Source: the human T2T-CHM13v2.0 reference genome, Homo sapiens
DNA: 64,000 nt
Assembly (NCBI RefSeq): GCF_009914755.1
Contig: NC_060933.1
Reading direction: 5' to 3' (one strand)
Under the pieces are notes generated by a model, which was given only the letters and a program-made list of their open reading frames with translations, did no database searches and was not told the DNA's origin. Below, piece after piece: positions 29,179 to 43,400 of this stretch. The position numbers were made by a program, and so were the translations under genes. Every line of letters begins with the position of its first letter. The stretch's first letter is position 1.

Positions 29179-32100
29179 TTACATTCCCCTGCACTCGCGT
29201 TGATTCCATTCCATTCCATTCAATTCCATTCCATTAAAATTCGTTCCATTCCATTCTATTCCGTACCATTCCATTCCATTCCATACCATTCCATTCCATT
29301 CCATTCCATTCCATTCCATTCCATTCCATTCCGTTGCATTCCGTTCCATTCCATTCCATTCCATTCCATTCTATTCGGGTTAATCCCATTCCATTCCATT
29401 CCATTCCATTCTATTCCATTCCATTGCAATCGTGTTGAATCCATTGCATTTCATTCCATTCCATTCCATTCCATTCCATTCCATTCTGGAAGATTCCATT
29501 CCATTGTATTCCATTCCATGCCATTCCCCTGCACTCGCGTTGATTCCATTCCATTCCATTCCATTCCATTCCATTCCATTCCATTCCATTGCGTTCCGTT
29601 CCATTCCATTCCATTCCATTCCATTCCATTCCGTTCCGTTCCGTTCCATTCCATTCCATTCCATTCTATTCGGGTTAATTCCATTCCATTCCATTCGATT
29701 GCAATCGTGTTGATTCCATTCCATTCCAATCCATTCCATTCCATTCCATTCCATTTCATTCCTTTCCATTCCATTACGGATGATTCCATTCCATTGCATT
29801 CCATTCCGTTCCATTCCCCTGTACTCGAGTTGATTCCATTCCATTGCATTCCAATCCATGCCCTTCCACTCGTGTTGATTCCATTCTTTCCATTCCATTC
29901 AAGTTGAATCCATTCCATTGCATTCCATTCCATTCGATTCCATTCGATTGCACTCGGGTTGATTCCATTCCATTGCATTCCATTCCATTGCATTCCATTC
30001 CATTCCATTCCATTCCGTTCCATTCCATTCCATTACATTCAGATTGATTCTATTCAATTCCCTTACACTCCATTATATTCCAATCCATTCTGGTTGTTTC
30101 CATTCCATTCCATTCCATTTCACTCCATTCCATTGCACTCGGGTTGATTCCATTCCATTCTACTCCATTGCATTCCATTCCATTCCATTCCGGATGATTC
30201 CATTCCATTGCATTCCATTCCATTCCATTCGTCTGCACTCGGGTTGATTCCATTCCATTCCATTCCATTACATTCCGTTCCATTCCATTCCATTCCATTC
30301 GGATTGATTCTATTCAATTCCCTTACGCTCCATTACATTCCATTCCATTCGGGTAGTTTCCATTCCATTCCATTCCATTCCTCTCCATTCCATTGCACTC
30401 GGGTTGATTCCATTCCATTCCATTCCATTCCATTCCATTCCACTACATTCCATTCCATTCCGTTCCATTATACTCGGGTTGATTCCATTCCATTGCATTC
30501 CATTCCATTCCATTCCATTCCATTCCATTCCATTCCATTCCGTTCCATTCCATTACATTCTGATTGATTCTATTCAACTCCCTTACTCTCCATTACATTC
30601 CATTCCATTCGGGTTGTTCCATTCCATTCCATTCCATTCCACTCCATTCCATTGCACTCGGGTTGATTCCATTCCATTCCATTCCATTCCATTCCATTCC
30701 ATTCCATTGCATTCCGGATGATTCCATTCCATTGCATTCCTTTCCATTCCATTCCGCTGCACTCGTGTTGATTCCATTACGTTCCATTCCATTCCATTCC
30801 GTTCCATTCCATTGCATTCCATTCTATTCCGGTTAATTCCATTCCATTCCATTCCATTCCATTCCATTCCATTCCATTCCGTTCCATTCCATTTCATTAC
30901 ATTCAGATTGATTCTATTCAATTCACTTACACTCCATTATATTCCAATCCATTCTGGTTGTTTCCATTCCATTCCATTCCATTTCACTGCATTCCATTGC
31001 ACTCGGGTTGATTCCATTCCATTCCATTCCATTGCATTCCATTCCATTCCATTCCGGATGATTCCATTCCGTTGCATTCCATTCCATTCCATTCCCCTGC
31101 ACTCGCGTTGATTCCATTCCATTCCATTCTTTACATTCCGTTCCATTCCATTCCATTCCATTTGGATTGATTCTATTCAATTCCCTTACACTCCATTACA
31201 TTCCATTCCATTCGGGTAGTTTCCATTCCATTCCATTCCATTCCTCTCCATTCCATTGCACTCGGGTTGATTCCATTCCATTCTTTCCATTCCATTCCAT
31301 TCCATTCCATTGTACTCGGGTTGATTCCCTTCCATTGCATTCCATTCCATTCCATTCCATTCCATTCCATTCCATTCCATTCCGTTCCATTCCATTACAT
31401 TCGGATTGTTTCTATTCAACTCCCTTCCTCTCCATTACATTCCATTCCATTCGCGTTGTTCCATTCCATTCCATTCCATTCCACTCCATTCCATTGCACT
31501 CGTGTTGATTCCATTCCATTCCATTCCATTCCATTCCAATCCATTGTACTCGGTTTGATTCCATTCCATTGCATTCCATTCCATTCCATTCCATTCCTTT
31601 CCGTTCCTTTCCATTACATTCGGATTGATTCTGTTCAACTCCCTTACTCTCCATTACATTCCATTCCATTCGGGTAGTTCCATTCCATTCCATTCCATTC
31701 CATTCCACTCCATTCCATTGCACTCGTGTTGATTCCATTCCATTCCATTGCATTCCGTTCCGCATGATTCCATTCCATTGCATTCCATTCCATTCCATTC
31801 CCCTGCAGTTGGGTTGATTCCATTCCATTCCATTCAATTCCATTCCATTCCATTCCGTTCCGTTCCATTCCATTCCATTCCATTCCGTTCCATTCCATTC
31901 CTTTCCGTTCCATTCCATTCCATTCCATTCCATTCTATTCGGGTTAATTCCATTCCATTCCATTCGATTGCAATCGAGTTGATTCCATTCCATTCCATTC
32001 CATTCCATTCCATTCCATTCCATTCCATTCCGTTGCTTTCCATTCCATTACGGATGATTCCATTCCATTGCATTCCATTCCATTCCATTCCCCTGTACTC

Positions 32101-34592
32101 GGGTTGATTCCATTCCTTTGCATTCCATTCCATTCCATTCCATTCCATTGCATTCCATTCCGTTCCATTCCATTTCATTACATTCAGATTGATTCTATTC
32201 AATTCCCTTACACTCCATTATATTCCAATCCATTCTGGGTGTTCCATTCGATTCCATTCCATTCCATTTCACTCCATTGCATTGCACTCGGGTTGATTCC
32301 ATTCCATTCCATTCCATTGCATTCCATTACATTCCATTCCGGATGATTCCATTCCATTGCATTCCATTCCATTCCATTCCCCTGCACTCGGGTTGATTCC
32401 ATTCCATTCCATTACATTACATTCCGTTCCATTCCATTCCGTTCCATTCGGATTGATTCTATTCAATTCCCTTACACTCCATTACATTCCATTCCATTCG
32501 GGTAGTTTCCATTCCATTCCATTCCATTCCTCTCCATTCCATTGCACTCGGGTGGATTCCATTCCATTCCATTCCATTCCATTCCATTCCATTCCATTCC
32601 ATTCCATTCCATTCCATTGTACTCGGGTTGATTCCATTCCTTTGCATTCCATTCCATTCCATTCCATTCCATTCCATTCCATTCCATTCCATTCCATTCC
32701 ATTACATTCGGATTGATTCTATTCAACTCCCTTACTCTCCATTACATTCCATTCCATTCGGGTTGTTCCATTCCATTCCATTCCATTCCACTCCATTCCA
32801 TTGCACTCGGGTTTATTCCATTCCATTCCATTCCATTCCATTCCATTCCATTCCATTCCATTCCGGATGATTCCATTCCATTGCATTCCGTTCCATTACA
32901 TTCCCCTGCAGTCGCGTTGACTCCATTCCATTCCATTCCATTCCATACCATTCCATTCCATTCCATTCCATTCCATTCCATTCCATTCCGTTCCGTTCCG
33001 TTCCGTTCCATTCCGTTCCATTCCATTCCATTCTATTCGGGTTAATTCCATTCCATTCCATTCCATTCCATTCCATTCCATTCTACTCCATACCATTGCA
33101 ATCGAGTTGAATCCATTGCATTCCATTCCATTCCATTCCATTCCGGAAGATTCCATTCCATTGCATTCCATTCCATTCCATTCCCCTGCACTCGCGTTGA
33201 TTCCATTCCATTCCATTCCGTTCCGTTCGGTTCCATTCCATTCCATTCCATTCCATTCCATTCCATTCCATTCCGTTCCGTTCCATTCCATTCCATTCCA
33301 TTCTATTCGGGTTAATTCCATTCCATTCCATTCGATTGCAATCGAGTTGATTCCATTCCATTCCATTCCATTCCATTCCATTCCATTCCATTCCTTTCCA
33401 TTCCATTCATTTCCATTCCATTACGGATGATTCCATTCCATTGCATTGCATTCCATTCCATTCCCCTGTACTTGGGTTGATTCCATTCCATTCCATTCCA
33501 TTCCATTCCATTCCGGATGATTCCATTCCATTGCATTCAGTTCCATTACATTCCCCTACAGTCGGGTTGATTCCATTCCATTCCATTCCATTAAATTCGA
33601 TTCCATTCCATTCCCCTGCACTCGCGTTGATTCCATTCCATTCCATTACATTACATTCCATTCCATTCCTTTCCATTGCATTCCATTCCATTCCTTTCCG
33701 TTCCATTCCATTCCATTCCATTCCATTCCATTCCATTCCATTCCGTTCCGTTCCATTCCATTCCATTCCTTTCTATTCGGGTTAATTCCATTCCATTCCA
33801 TTCGATTGCAATCGAGTTGATTCCATTCCATTCCATTCCATTGCATTCCATTGCATTCCATTCCATTCGTTTCCCCTGCACTCGGGTTGATTCCATTCCA
33901 TTACATTACATTACATTCCGTTCCATTCCATTCCATTCCATTCGGATTGATTCTATTCAATTCCCTTACACTCCATTACATTCCATTCCATTCGGGTAGT
34001 TTCCATTCCTTTCCATTCCATTCCTCTCTATTCCATTGCACTCGGATTGATTCCATTTCATTCTATTCCATTCCATTCCATTCCATTCCATTCCATTCCA
34101 TTCCATTGTACTCGGGTTGATTCCATTCCATTGCATTCCATTCCATTCCGTTCCATTCCATTCCTTTACATTCGGATTGATTCTATTCAACTCCCTTACT
34201 CTCCATTACATTCCATTCCATTCGGGTTTTTCCATTCCATTCCATTCCACTCCTTTCCATTGCACTCGGGTTGATTCCATTCCATTCCATTCCATTCCAT
34301 TCCATTCCATTCCGGAAGATTCCATTCCATTGCATTCCATTCCATTGCATTGCCCTGCACTCGCGTTGATTCCATTCCATTCCATTCCATTCCATTCCAT
34401 TCCTTTCCGTTCCATTCCATTCCATTCCATTCCATTCCATTCCATTCCGTTCCGTTCCATTCCGTTCCATTCCATTCCATTCCATTCCATTCCATTCCAT
34501 TCCATTTCATTCCATTGTACTCGGGTTGATTCCATTCCATTGCATTCCATTCCATTCCATTCAATTCTATTCCGTTCCTATCCATTCCATTA

Positions 34593-34699
34593 CATTCGGA
34601 TTGATTCTATTCAACTCCCTTACTCTCAATTACATTCCATTCCATTCGGATTGATTCTATTCAACTCCCTTACTCTCCATTACATTCCATTCCATTCGG
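34593..34699 (-). repeat. 50-bp tandem duplication
   Basis: cattcggattgattctattcaactcccttactctc(a/c)attacattccattc occurs twice, with one mismatch. Confidence 0.9.
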
Positions 34700-37600
34700 G
34701 TTGTTCCATTCCATTCCATTCCATTCCACTCCATTCCATTGCACTCGGGTTGATTCCATTCCATTCCATTCCATTCCATTCCACTCCGGATGATTCCATT
34801 CCATTGCATTCCGTTCCATTACATTCCCCTTCAATCGCGTTGATTCCATTCCATTCCATTCCATTCCATTCCATTCCATTCCATTCCATTTTGTTCCAAT
34901 CCATTCTATTCCGAACCATTCCATTCCATTCCACGCCATTCCTTTCCATTCCATTCCATGTCATTCCACTCGTGTTGATTCCATTCTTTCCATTCCATTC
35001 AAGTTGAATCCATTCCACTCCATTCCATTCCATTCGAATCCATTCCATTGCACTCGGGTTGATTCCATTCCATTCCATTCCATTCCATTCCATTCCATTC
35101 CATTCCATTCCGTTCCATTCCATTTCATTACATTCAGATTTATTCTATTCAATTCCCTTACACTCCATTATATTCCAATCCATTCAGGTTGTTTCCATTC
35201 CATTCCATTCCATTTCACACCATTCCATTGCACTCGGTTTGATTCCATTCCATTCCATTCCATTCCATTCCGGATGATTCCATTCCATTGCATTCCATTC
35301 CATTCCATTCCCCTGTACTCATGTTGATTCCATTCCATTCCATTCCACTCCATTCGGTTCCGTTCCATTCCATTCTATTGCATTCCATTCTATTCGGGTT
35401 AATTCCATTCCATTCTATTCCATTCCATTCCATTCCATTCCATTACAATTGAGTTGATTCCATTCCATTCCATTCCATTCCGGATGATTCCATTCCATTG
35501 CATTCCATTCCATTCCATTTCCCTGCACTCGTGTTGATTCCATTACCTTCCATTCCATTCCATTCCGTTCCATTCCATTGCATTCCATTCTATTCCGGTT
35601 AATTCCATTCCATTCCATTCCATTCCATTCCATTCCATTCCATTCCATTCCATTCCATTGCAATCGAGTTGATTGCATTCCATTCCTTTCCATTCCATTC
35701 CATTGCCTTGCATTCCAATCGGGTTGATTCCATTCCCTTCTTTCCACTCCATTACATTACCTTCCATTCTACTCGGAATGATTGATTCCATTCCATTCCA
35801 TTCCATTTCATTCCGTTTCAATCCATTCCAATCCATTCCATTCCATTCCATTCCACTCGACTTGATTTCATTCCATTCCTTTCCATTCCATTCCATTCCT
35901 TTCCACTCGAGTTGATTCCATTAACTTCCATTCCATTGCATTCCATTCCATGCCATTCCACTCGGGTTGATTCCATTCCTTTGCATTCCATTCCATTCCA
36001 TTCCATTCCATTCCATTCCATTCCATTCCGTTGCATTCCATTCCATTACATTCGGATTGATTCTATTCAACTCCCTTACTCTCCATTACATTCCATTCCA
36101 TTCGGGTTGTTCCATTCCATTCCATTCCATTCCACTGCATTCCATTGCACTCGGGTTGATTCCATTCCATTCCATTCCATTCCATTCCATTCCATTCCAT
36201 TCCGGATGATTCCAATCCATTGCATTCCGTTCCATTACATTCCCCTGCACTCGCGTTGATTCCATTCCATTCCATTCCATTCCATTCAATTCCATTCCAT
36301 TACAATTCTTTCCATTCCATTCTATTCCGTACCATTCCATTCCATTCCATTCCATTCCGTTCCGTTCCGTTCCATTCCATTCCATTCCATTCTATTCGGG
36401 GTAATTCCATTCCATTCCATTCCATTCCATTCTATTCCATTCCATTGCAATCGAGTTGAATCCATTGCATTTCATTCCATTCCATTCCATTCCATTCCAT
36501 TCCATTCCGGAAGATTCCATTCCATTGCATTCCATTCCATTCCATTCCCCTGCACTCGCGTTGATTCCATTCCATTCCATTCCATTCCATTCCGTTCCGT
36601 TCCGTTCCGTTCCGTTCCATTCCGTTCCATTCCATTCCATTCCATTCCATTCCGTTCTCTTCCATTCCATTCCATTCCATTCTATTCGGGTTAATTCCAT
36701 TCCATTCCATTCGATTGCAATCGTGTTGATTCCATTCCATTCCATTCCATTCCATTCCATTCCTTTCCATTCCATTACGGATGATTCCATTCCATTGCAT
36801 TAAATTCCATTCCATTCCCCTGTACTCGGGTTGATTCCATTCCATTCCATTCCAATCCATGCCCTTCCACTCGTGTTGATTCCATTCTTTCCATTCCATT
36901 CAAGTTGAATCCATTCCATTGCATTCCATTCCATTCGATTCCATTCGATTGCACTCGGGTTGATTCCATTCCATTGCATTCCATTCCATTCCATTCCATT
37001 CCATTCCATTCCGTTCCATTCCATTCCATTACATTCGGATTGATTCTATTCAATTCCCTTACACTCCATTACATTCCATTCCATTCGGGTAGTTTCCATT
37101 GCATTCCATTCCATTCCTCTCCATTCCATTGCACTCGGGTTGATTCCATTCCATTGCATTCCATTCCATTCCATTCCATTCAATTCCATTCCGTTGCATT
37201 GCATTCCATTACATTCGGATAGATTCTATTCAACTCCCTTAGTCTCCATTACACTCCATTCCATTCGGGTTGTTCCATTCCATTCCATTCCATTCCACTC
37301 CATTCCATTGCACTCGGGTTTATTCCATTCCATTCCATTCCATTCCATTCCGGAAGATTCCATTCCATTGCATTCCATTCCATTCCATTCCCCTGCACTC
37401 GTGTTGATTCCATTCCATTCCATTCCATTCCATTCCTCTCCGTTCCATTCCATTCCATTCCATTCCATTCCGTTCCCTTCCGTTCCGTTCCGTTCCATTC
37501 CATTCCATTCCATTCTATTCGGGTTAACTCCATTCCATTCCATTCGATTTCAATCGAGTTGATTCCATTCCATTCCATTCCATTCCATTTCATTCCATTC

Positions 37601-40429
37601 CTTTCCATTCCTTTCCATTCCATTACGGATGATTCCATTCCATTGCATTCCATTCCATTCCATTCCACTGTACTCGGGTTGATTCCATTCCATTCCATTC
37701 CAATCCATGCCATTCCACTCGTGTTGATTCCATTCTTACCATTCCATTCAAGTTGAATCCATTCCATTGCATTCCATTCCATTCCATTCCCCTGCAATCG
37801 GGTTGATTCCATTCCATTCCATTCCATTCCATTCCATTCCATTCCATTCCATTCCGTTCCGTTCCATTCCATTCCATTCCTTTCTATTCGGGTTAATTCC
37901 ATTCCATTCCATTCCATTCCATTCCAATCAAGTTGATTCCTTTCCATTCCATTCCATTCCATTCCATTCCATTCCACTCCATTCCAGTCCTTTCCATTCC
38001 TTTCCACTCGGGTTGATTCCAATGTATTCCTTTCCATTCCATTCCATTCCATTGCAATCGAGTTGATTCCATTGCTTTGCATTCCATTCCATTCCATTCC
38101 ATTCCGGATGATTCCTTTCCGTTGCATTCCATTCCATTCCATTCCCCTGCACTCGTGTTGATTCCATTCCATTCCACTCCATTCCGTTCCATTCCATTCC
38201 ATTGCATTGTATTCGGGTTAATTCCATTCCATTCCATTCCATTCCATTCCATTCCATTCCGTTCCGTTCCATTCCATTCCATTCCATTCTATTCGGGTTA
38301 ATTCCATTCCATTCCATTCGATTGCAATCGAGTTGATTCCATTCCATTCCATTCCATTCCATTCCATTCCATTCCTTTCCATTCCATTACGGATGATTCC
38401 ATTCCATTGCATTGCATTCCATTCCATTCCCCTGTACTCGGGTTGATTCCATTCCATTCCATTCCAATCGATGCCATTCCACTCGTGTTGATTCCATTCT
38501 TTGCATTCCATTCAAGTTGAATCCATTCCATTGCATTCCATTCCATTCCATTCCCCTGCAGTCGGGTTGATTCCATTCCATTCCATTCCATTCCATTCCA
38601 TTCCATTCCATTCCGTTCCGTTCCATTCCATTCCATTCCATTCTATTCGGGTTAATTCCATTCCATTCCATTCCATTCCATTCCATTCCATTCCAATCGA
38701 GTTCATTCCATTCCATTCCATTCCATTCCATTCCATTCCACTCCATTCCAGTCCTTTCCATTCCATTCCAGTCGGGTTGATTCCAATGTATTCCTTTCCA
38801 TTCCATTCCATTCCATTGCAATCGAGTTGATTCCATTGCTTTGCATTCCATTCCATTCCATTCCATTCCGGATGATTCCATTCCATTGCATTCCATTCCA
38901 TTCCATTCCCCTGCATTCGGGTTGATTCCATTCCATTCCACTCCATTGCATTCCATTCCATTCCATTCCATTCCATTCCATTCCATTCCATTCCATTCCA
39001 TTACAATCGAGTTGATTCCATTCCATTCCATTCCATTCCAGTCCTTTCCATTCCATTCCACTCGTGTTGATTCCATTCTATTAATTTCCATTCCATTCCA
39101 TTCCCTTCCATTCCACTCTGGTTGATTCCATTCCTTTCCATTCCACTCGAATACATTCCCTCCTATTCCACTCGGAACGATTCCATTCCATTCCATTCCA
39201 TTCCATTCCATTCCATTCCATTCCATTCCATTCCATTTCGTTCCATTCCATTCTATTCCGTATCATTCCATTTCATTCCATTCCATTCCATTCCATTCCA
39301 TTCCATTCCATTCCATTCCATTCCATTGTACTCGGGTTGATTCCATTCCATTGCATTCCATTCCATTCCATTCCATTCCATTCCGTTGCATTCCATTCCA
39401 TTACATTCGGATTGATTCTATTCAACTCCCTTACTCTCCAATACATTCCATTCCATTCGGGTTGTTCCATTCCATTCCATTCCATTCCTCTCCATTCCAT
39501 TGCACTCGGGTTGATTCCATTCCATTCCATTCCATTCCATTCCATTCCATTCCATTCCGGATGATTCCATTCCATTGCATTCCGTTCCATTACATTCCCC
39601 TGCACTCGCGTTGATTCCATTCCATTCCATTCCATTCCATTCAATTCCATTCCATTACAATTCGTTCCATTCCATTCTATTCCGTACCATTCCATTCCAT
39701 TCCATACCATTCCATTCCATTCCATTCCATTCCATTCCATTCCTTTCCGTTCCATTCTGTTCCATTCCATTCCATTCCATTCTATTCGGGTTAATTCCAT
39801 TCCATTCCATTCCTTTCCATTCCATTACGGATGATTCCATTCCATTGCATTCCATTCCATTCCATTCGCCTCTACTCGGGTTGATTCCATTCCATTCCAT
39901 TCCAATCCATGCCATTCCACTCGTGTTGATTCCATTCTTTCCATTCCATTCAAGTTGAATGCATTCCATTGCATTCCATTCCATTCCATTCCCCTGCAGT
40001 CGGGTTGATTCCATTCCATTCCATTCCATTCCATTCCATTCCATTCCATTCCATTCTGTTCCGTTCCGTTCCATTCCATTCCATTCCATTCTATTCGGGT
40101 TAATTCCATTCCATTCCATTCGATTGCAATCGAGTTGATTCCTTTCCATTCCATTCCATTCCATTCCATTCCATTCCATTCCATTCCTTTCCATTCCATT
40201 ACGGATGAATCCATTCCATTGCATTCCATTCCATTCCGTTCCCCTGTACTCGGGTTGATTCCATTCCATTCCATTCCAATCCATGCCATTCCACTCGTGT
40301 TGATTCCATTCTTTCCATTCCATTCGGTTTGAAGGCATTCCATTCCATTCCATTCCATTCCATTCCATTCCATTCCATTCCATTCCATTGTACTCGGGTT
40401 GATTCCATTCCATTGCATTCCATTCCATT

Positions 40430-43400
40430 CCATTCCATTCCTTTCCATTCCATTACGGATGATTCCATTCCATTGCATTGCATTCCATTCCATTCCCCTG
40501 TACTCGGGTTGATTCCATTCCATTCCATTCCAATCGATGCCATTCCACTCGTGTTGATTCCATTCTTTCCATTCCATTCAAGTTGAATCCATTCCATTGC
40601 ATTCCATTCCATTCCATTACCCTGCAGTCGGGTTGATTCCATTCCATTCCATTCCATTCCATTCCATTCCATTCCATTCCATTCCGTTCCGTTCCGTTCC
40701 GTTCCATTCCATTCCATTCCATTCTATTCGGGTTAATTCCATTCCATTCCATTCCATTCCATTCCAATCGAGTTGATTCCATTCCATTCCATTCCATTCC
40801 ATTCCACTCCATTCCAGTCCTTTCCATTCCATTCCACTCGCGTTGATTCCAATGTATTCCTTTCCATTCCATTCCATTCCATTGCAATCGAGTTGATTCC
40901 ATTGCTTTGATTTCCATTCCATTCCATTCCATTCCGGATGATTCCATTCCATTGCATTCCATTCCATTCCATTCCCCTGCACTCGGGTTGATTCCATTCC
41001 ATTCCACTCCATTCCGTTCCATTCCATTCCATTCCATTGTATTCGGGTTAATTCCATTCCATTCCATTCCATTCCATTCCATTCCATTCCATTCCATTCC
41101 ATTACAATCGAGTTGATTCCATTCCATTCCATTCCATTCCAGTCCTTTCCATTCCATTCCACTCGGGTTGATTCCATTCTATTAGTTTCCATTCCAATCC
41201 ATTCCCTTCCATTCCACTCTGGTTGATACCATTCCTTTCCATTCCACTCGAACACATTCCCTCCTATTCCACTCGGAACGATTCCATTCCATTCCATTCC
41301 ATTCCATTCCATTCCATTCCATTCCATTCCATTTCGTTCCATTCCATTCTATTCCGTATCTTTCCATTCCATTCCATTCCATTCCATTCCATTCCATTCC
41401 ATTGTACTCGGTTTGATTCAATTCCATTGCATTCCATTCCATTCCATTCCATTCCATTCCGTTGCATTCCATTCCATTACATTCGGATTGATTCTATTCA
41501 ACTCCCTTACTCTCCATTACATTCCACTCCATTCGGGTTGTTCCATTCCATTCCATTCCATTCCCCTCCATTCCATTGCACTCGGGTTGATTCCATTCCA
41601 TTCCATTCCATTCCATTCCATTCCATTCCATTCCGGATGATTCCATTCCATTGCATTCCGTTCCATTACATTCCCATGCACTCGCGTTGATTCCATTCCA
41701 TTCCATTCCATTCCATTCAATTCCATTCCAATACAATTCGTTCCATTCCATTCTATTCCGTACCATTCCATTCCATTCCATACCATTCCTTTCCATTCCA
41801 TTCCATTCCATTCCGTAATGGAATGGAAAGGAATGGAATGGAATGGAATGGAATGGAATGGAATGGAATGGAATCAACTCGATTGCAATCGAATGGAATG
41901 GAATGGAATTAACCCGAATAGAATGGAATGGAATGGAATGGAACGGAACGGAATGGAATGGAATGGAATGGAACGGAAAGGAAGGGAATGGAATGGAATA
42001 GAATGGAATGGAATGGAATCAACGCGAGTGCAGGGGAATGGAATGGAATGGATTGCAATGGAATGGAATCTTCTGGAATGGAATGGAATGGAATGGAATG
42101 GAATGGAATGGAATGGAATCAACTCGAGTGCAATGGAATGGAGTGGAATGGAATGGAATGGAATGGAACAACCCAGATGGAATGGAATGTAATGGAGAGT
42201 AAGGGAGTTGAATAGAATCAATCCGAATGTAATGGAATGGAATGGAAAGGAATGGAATGGAATGGAATGCAATGGAATGGATTCAACTTGAATGGAATGG
42301 AAAGAATGGAATCAACACGAGTGGAATGGCTTGGATTGGAATGGAATGGAATGGAATCAACCCGAGTACAGGGGAATGGAATGGAATGGAATGCAATGGA
42401 ATGGAATCATCCGTAATGGAATGGAAAGGAATGGAATGGAATGGAATGGAATGGAATGGAATGGAATGGAATCAACTCGATTGCAATCGAATGGAATGGA
42501 ATGGAATTAACCCGAATAGAATGGAATGGAATGGAATGGAACGGAACGGAACGGAATGGAATGGAATGGAATGGAACGGAACGGAATGGAGTGGAATGGA
42601 ATGGAATGGAATGGAATGGAATCAACGCGAGTGCAGGGGAATGGAATGGAATGGAATGCAATGGAATGGAATCTTCCGGAATGGAATGGAATGGAATGGA
42701 ATGGAAGGAAATGCAATGGATTCAACTCGATTGCAATGGAATGGAATAGAATGGAATGGAATGGAATGGAATGGAATTAATCCGAATGGAATGGAATGGA
42801 ACGGAATGGAACGGAATGGAATGGAATGGAATGCAATGGAATGGTATGGAATGGAATGGAATGGTACGGAATATAATGGAATGGAATGAATTGTAATGGA
42901 ATGGAATTGAATGGAATGGAATGGAATGGAATGGAATCATCCGGAATGGAATGGAATGGAATGGAATGGAATGAAATGGAATGGAATGGAATCAACCCGA
43001 GTGCAATGGAATGGAGTGGAAAGGAATGGAATGGAATGGAACAACCCGAATGGAATGGAATGTAATGGAGAGTAAGGGAGTTGAATAGAATCAATCCGAA
43101 TGTAATAGAATGGAATGCAACGGAATGGAATGGAATGGAATGGAATGGAATGGAATGCAATGGAATCGAATCAACACGAGTACAATGTAATGGAATGGAA
43201 TGGAATGGAATGGAATGGAATGGAATGGAATGGAATGATACGGAATAGAATGGAATGGAACGAAATGGAATGGAATGGAATGGAATGGAATGGAATGGAA
43301 TGGAATGGAATGGAATCGTTCCGAGTGGAATAGGAGGGAATGTATTCGAGTGGAATGGAAAGGAATGGTATCAACCAGAGTGGAATGGAAGGGAATGGAA

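Larger units (their letters stand above)
15977..41814 (-). repeat. HSat3 block 2, inverted orientation ((ATTCC)n on +), ~25.8 kb
   Basis: Same motif vocabulary in reverse complement (ACTCGGGTTG, AATCGAGTTG, ATTCGGGTTA). Starts abruptly within ...ggaatcaactc|gggttgattcc and ends at ...cattcc|gtaatggaatgg. Confidence 0.98.

Noticed and set aside
15977-41814. Inverted block as a transposon or recombinase-flipped cassette
   Set aside because: There are no terminal inverted repeats distinct from the satellite, no target-site duplication and no recombinase gene. The J1 and J2 sequences are not reciprocal products of one crossover site.
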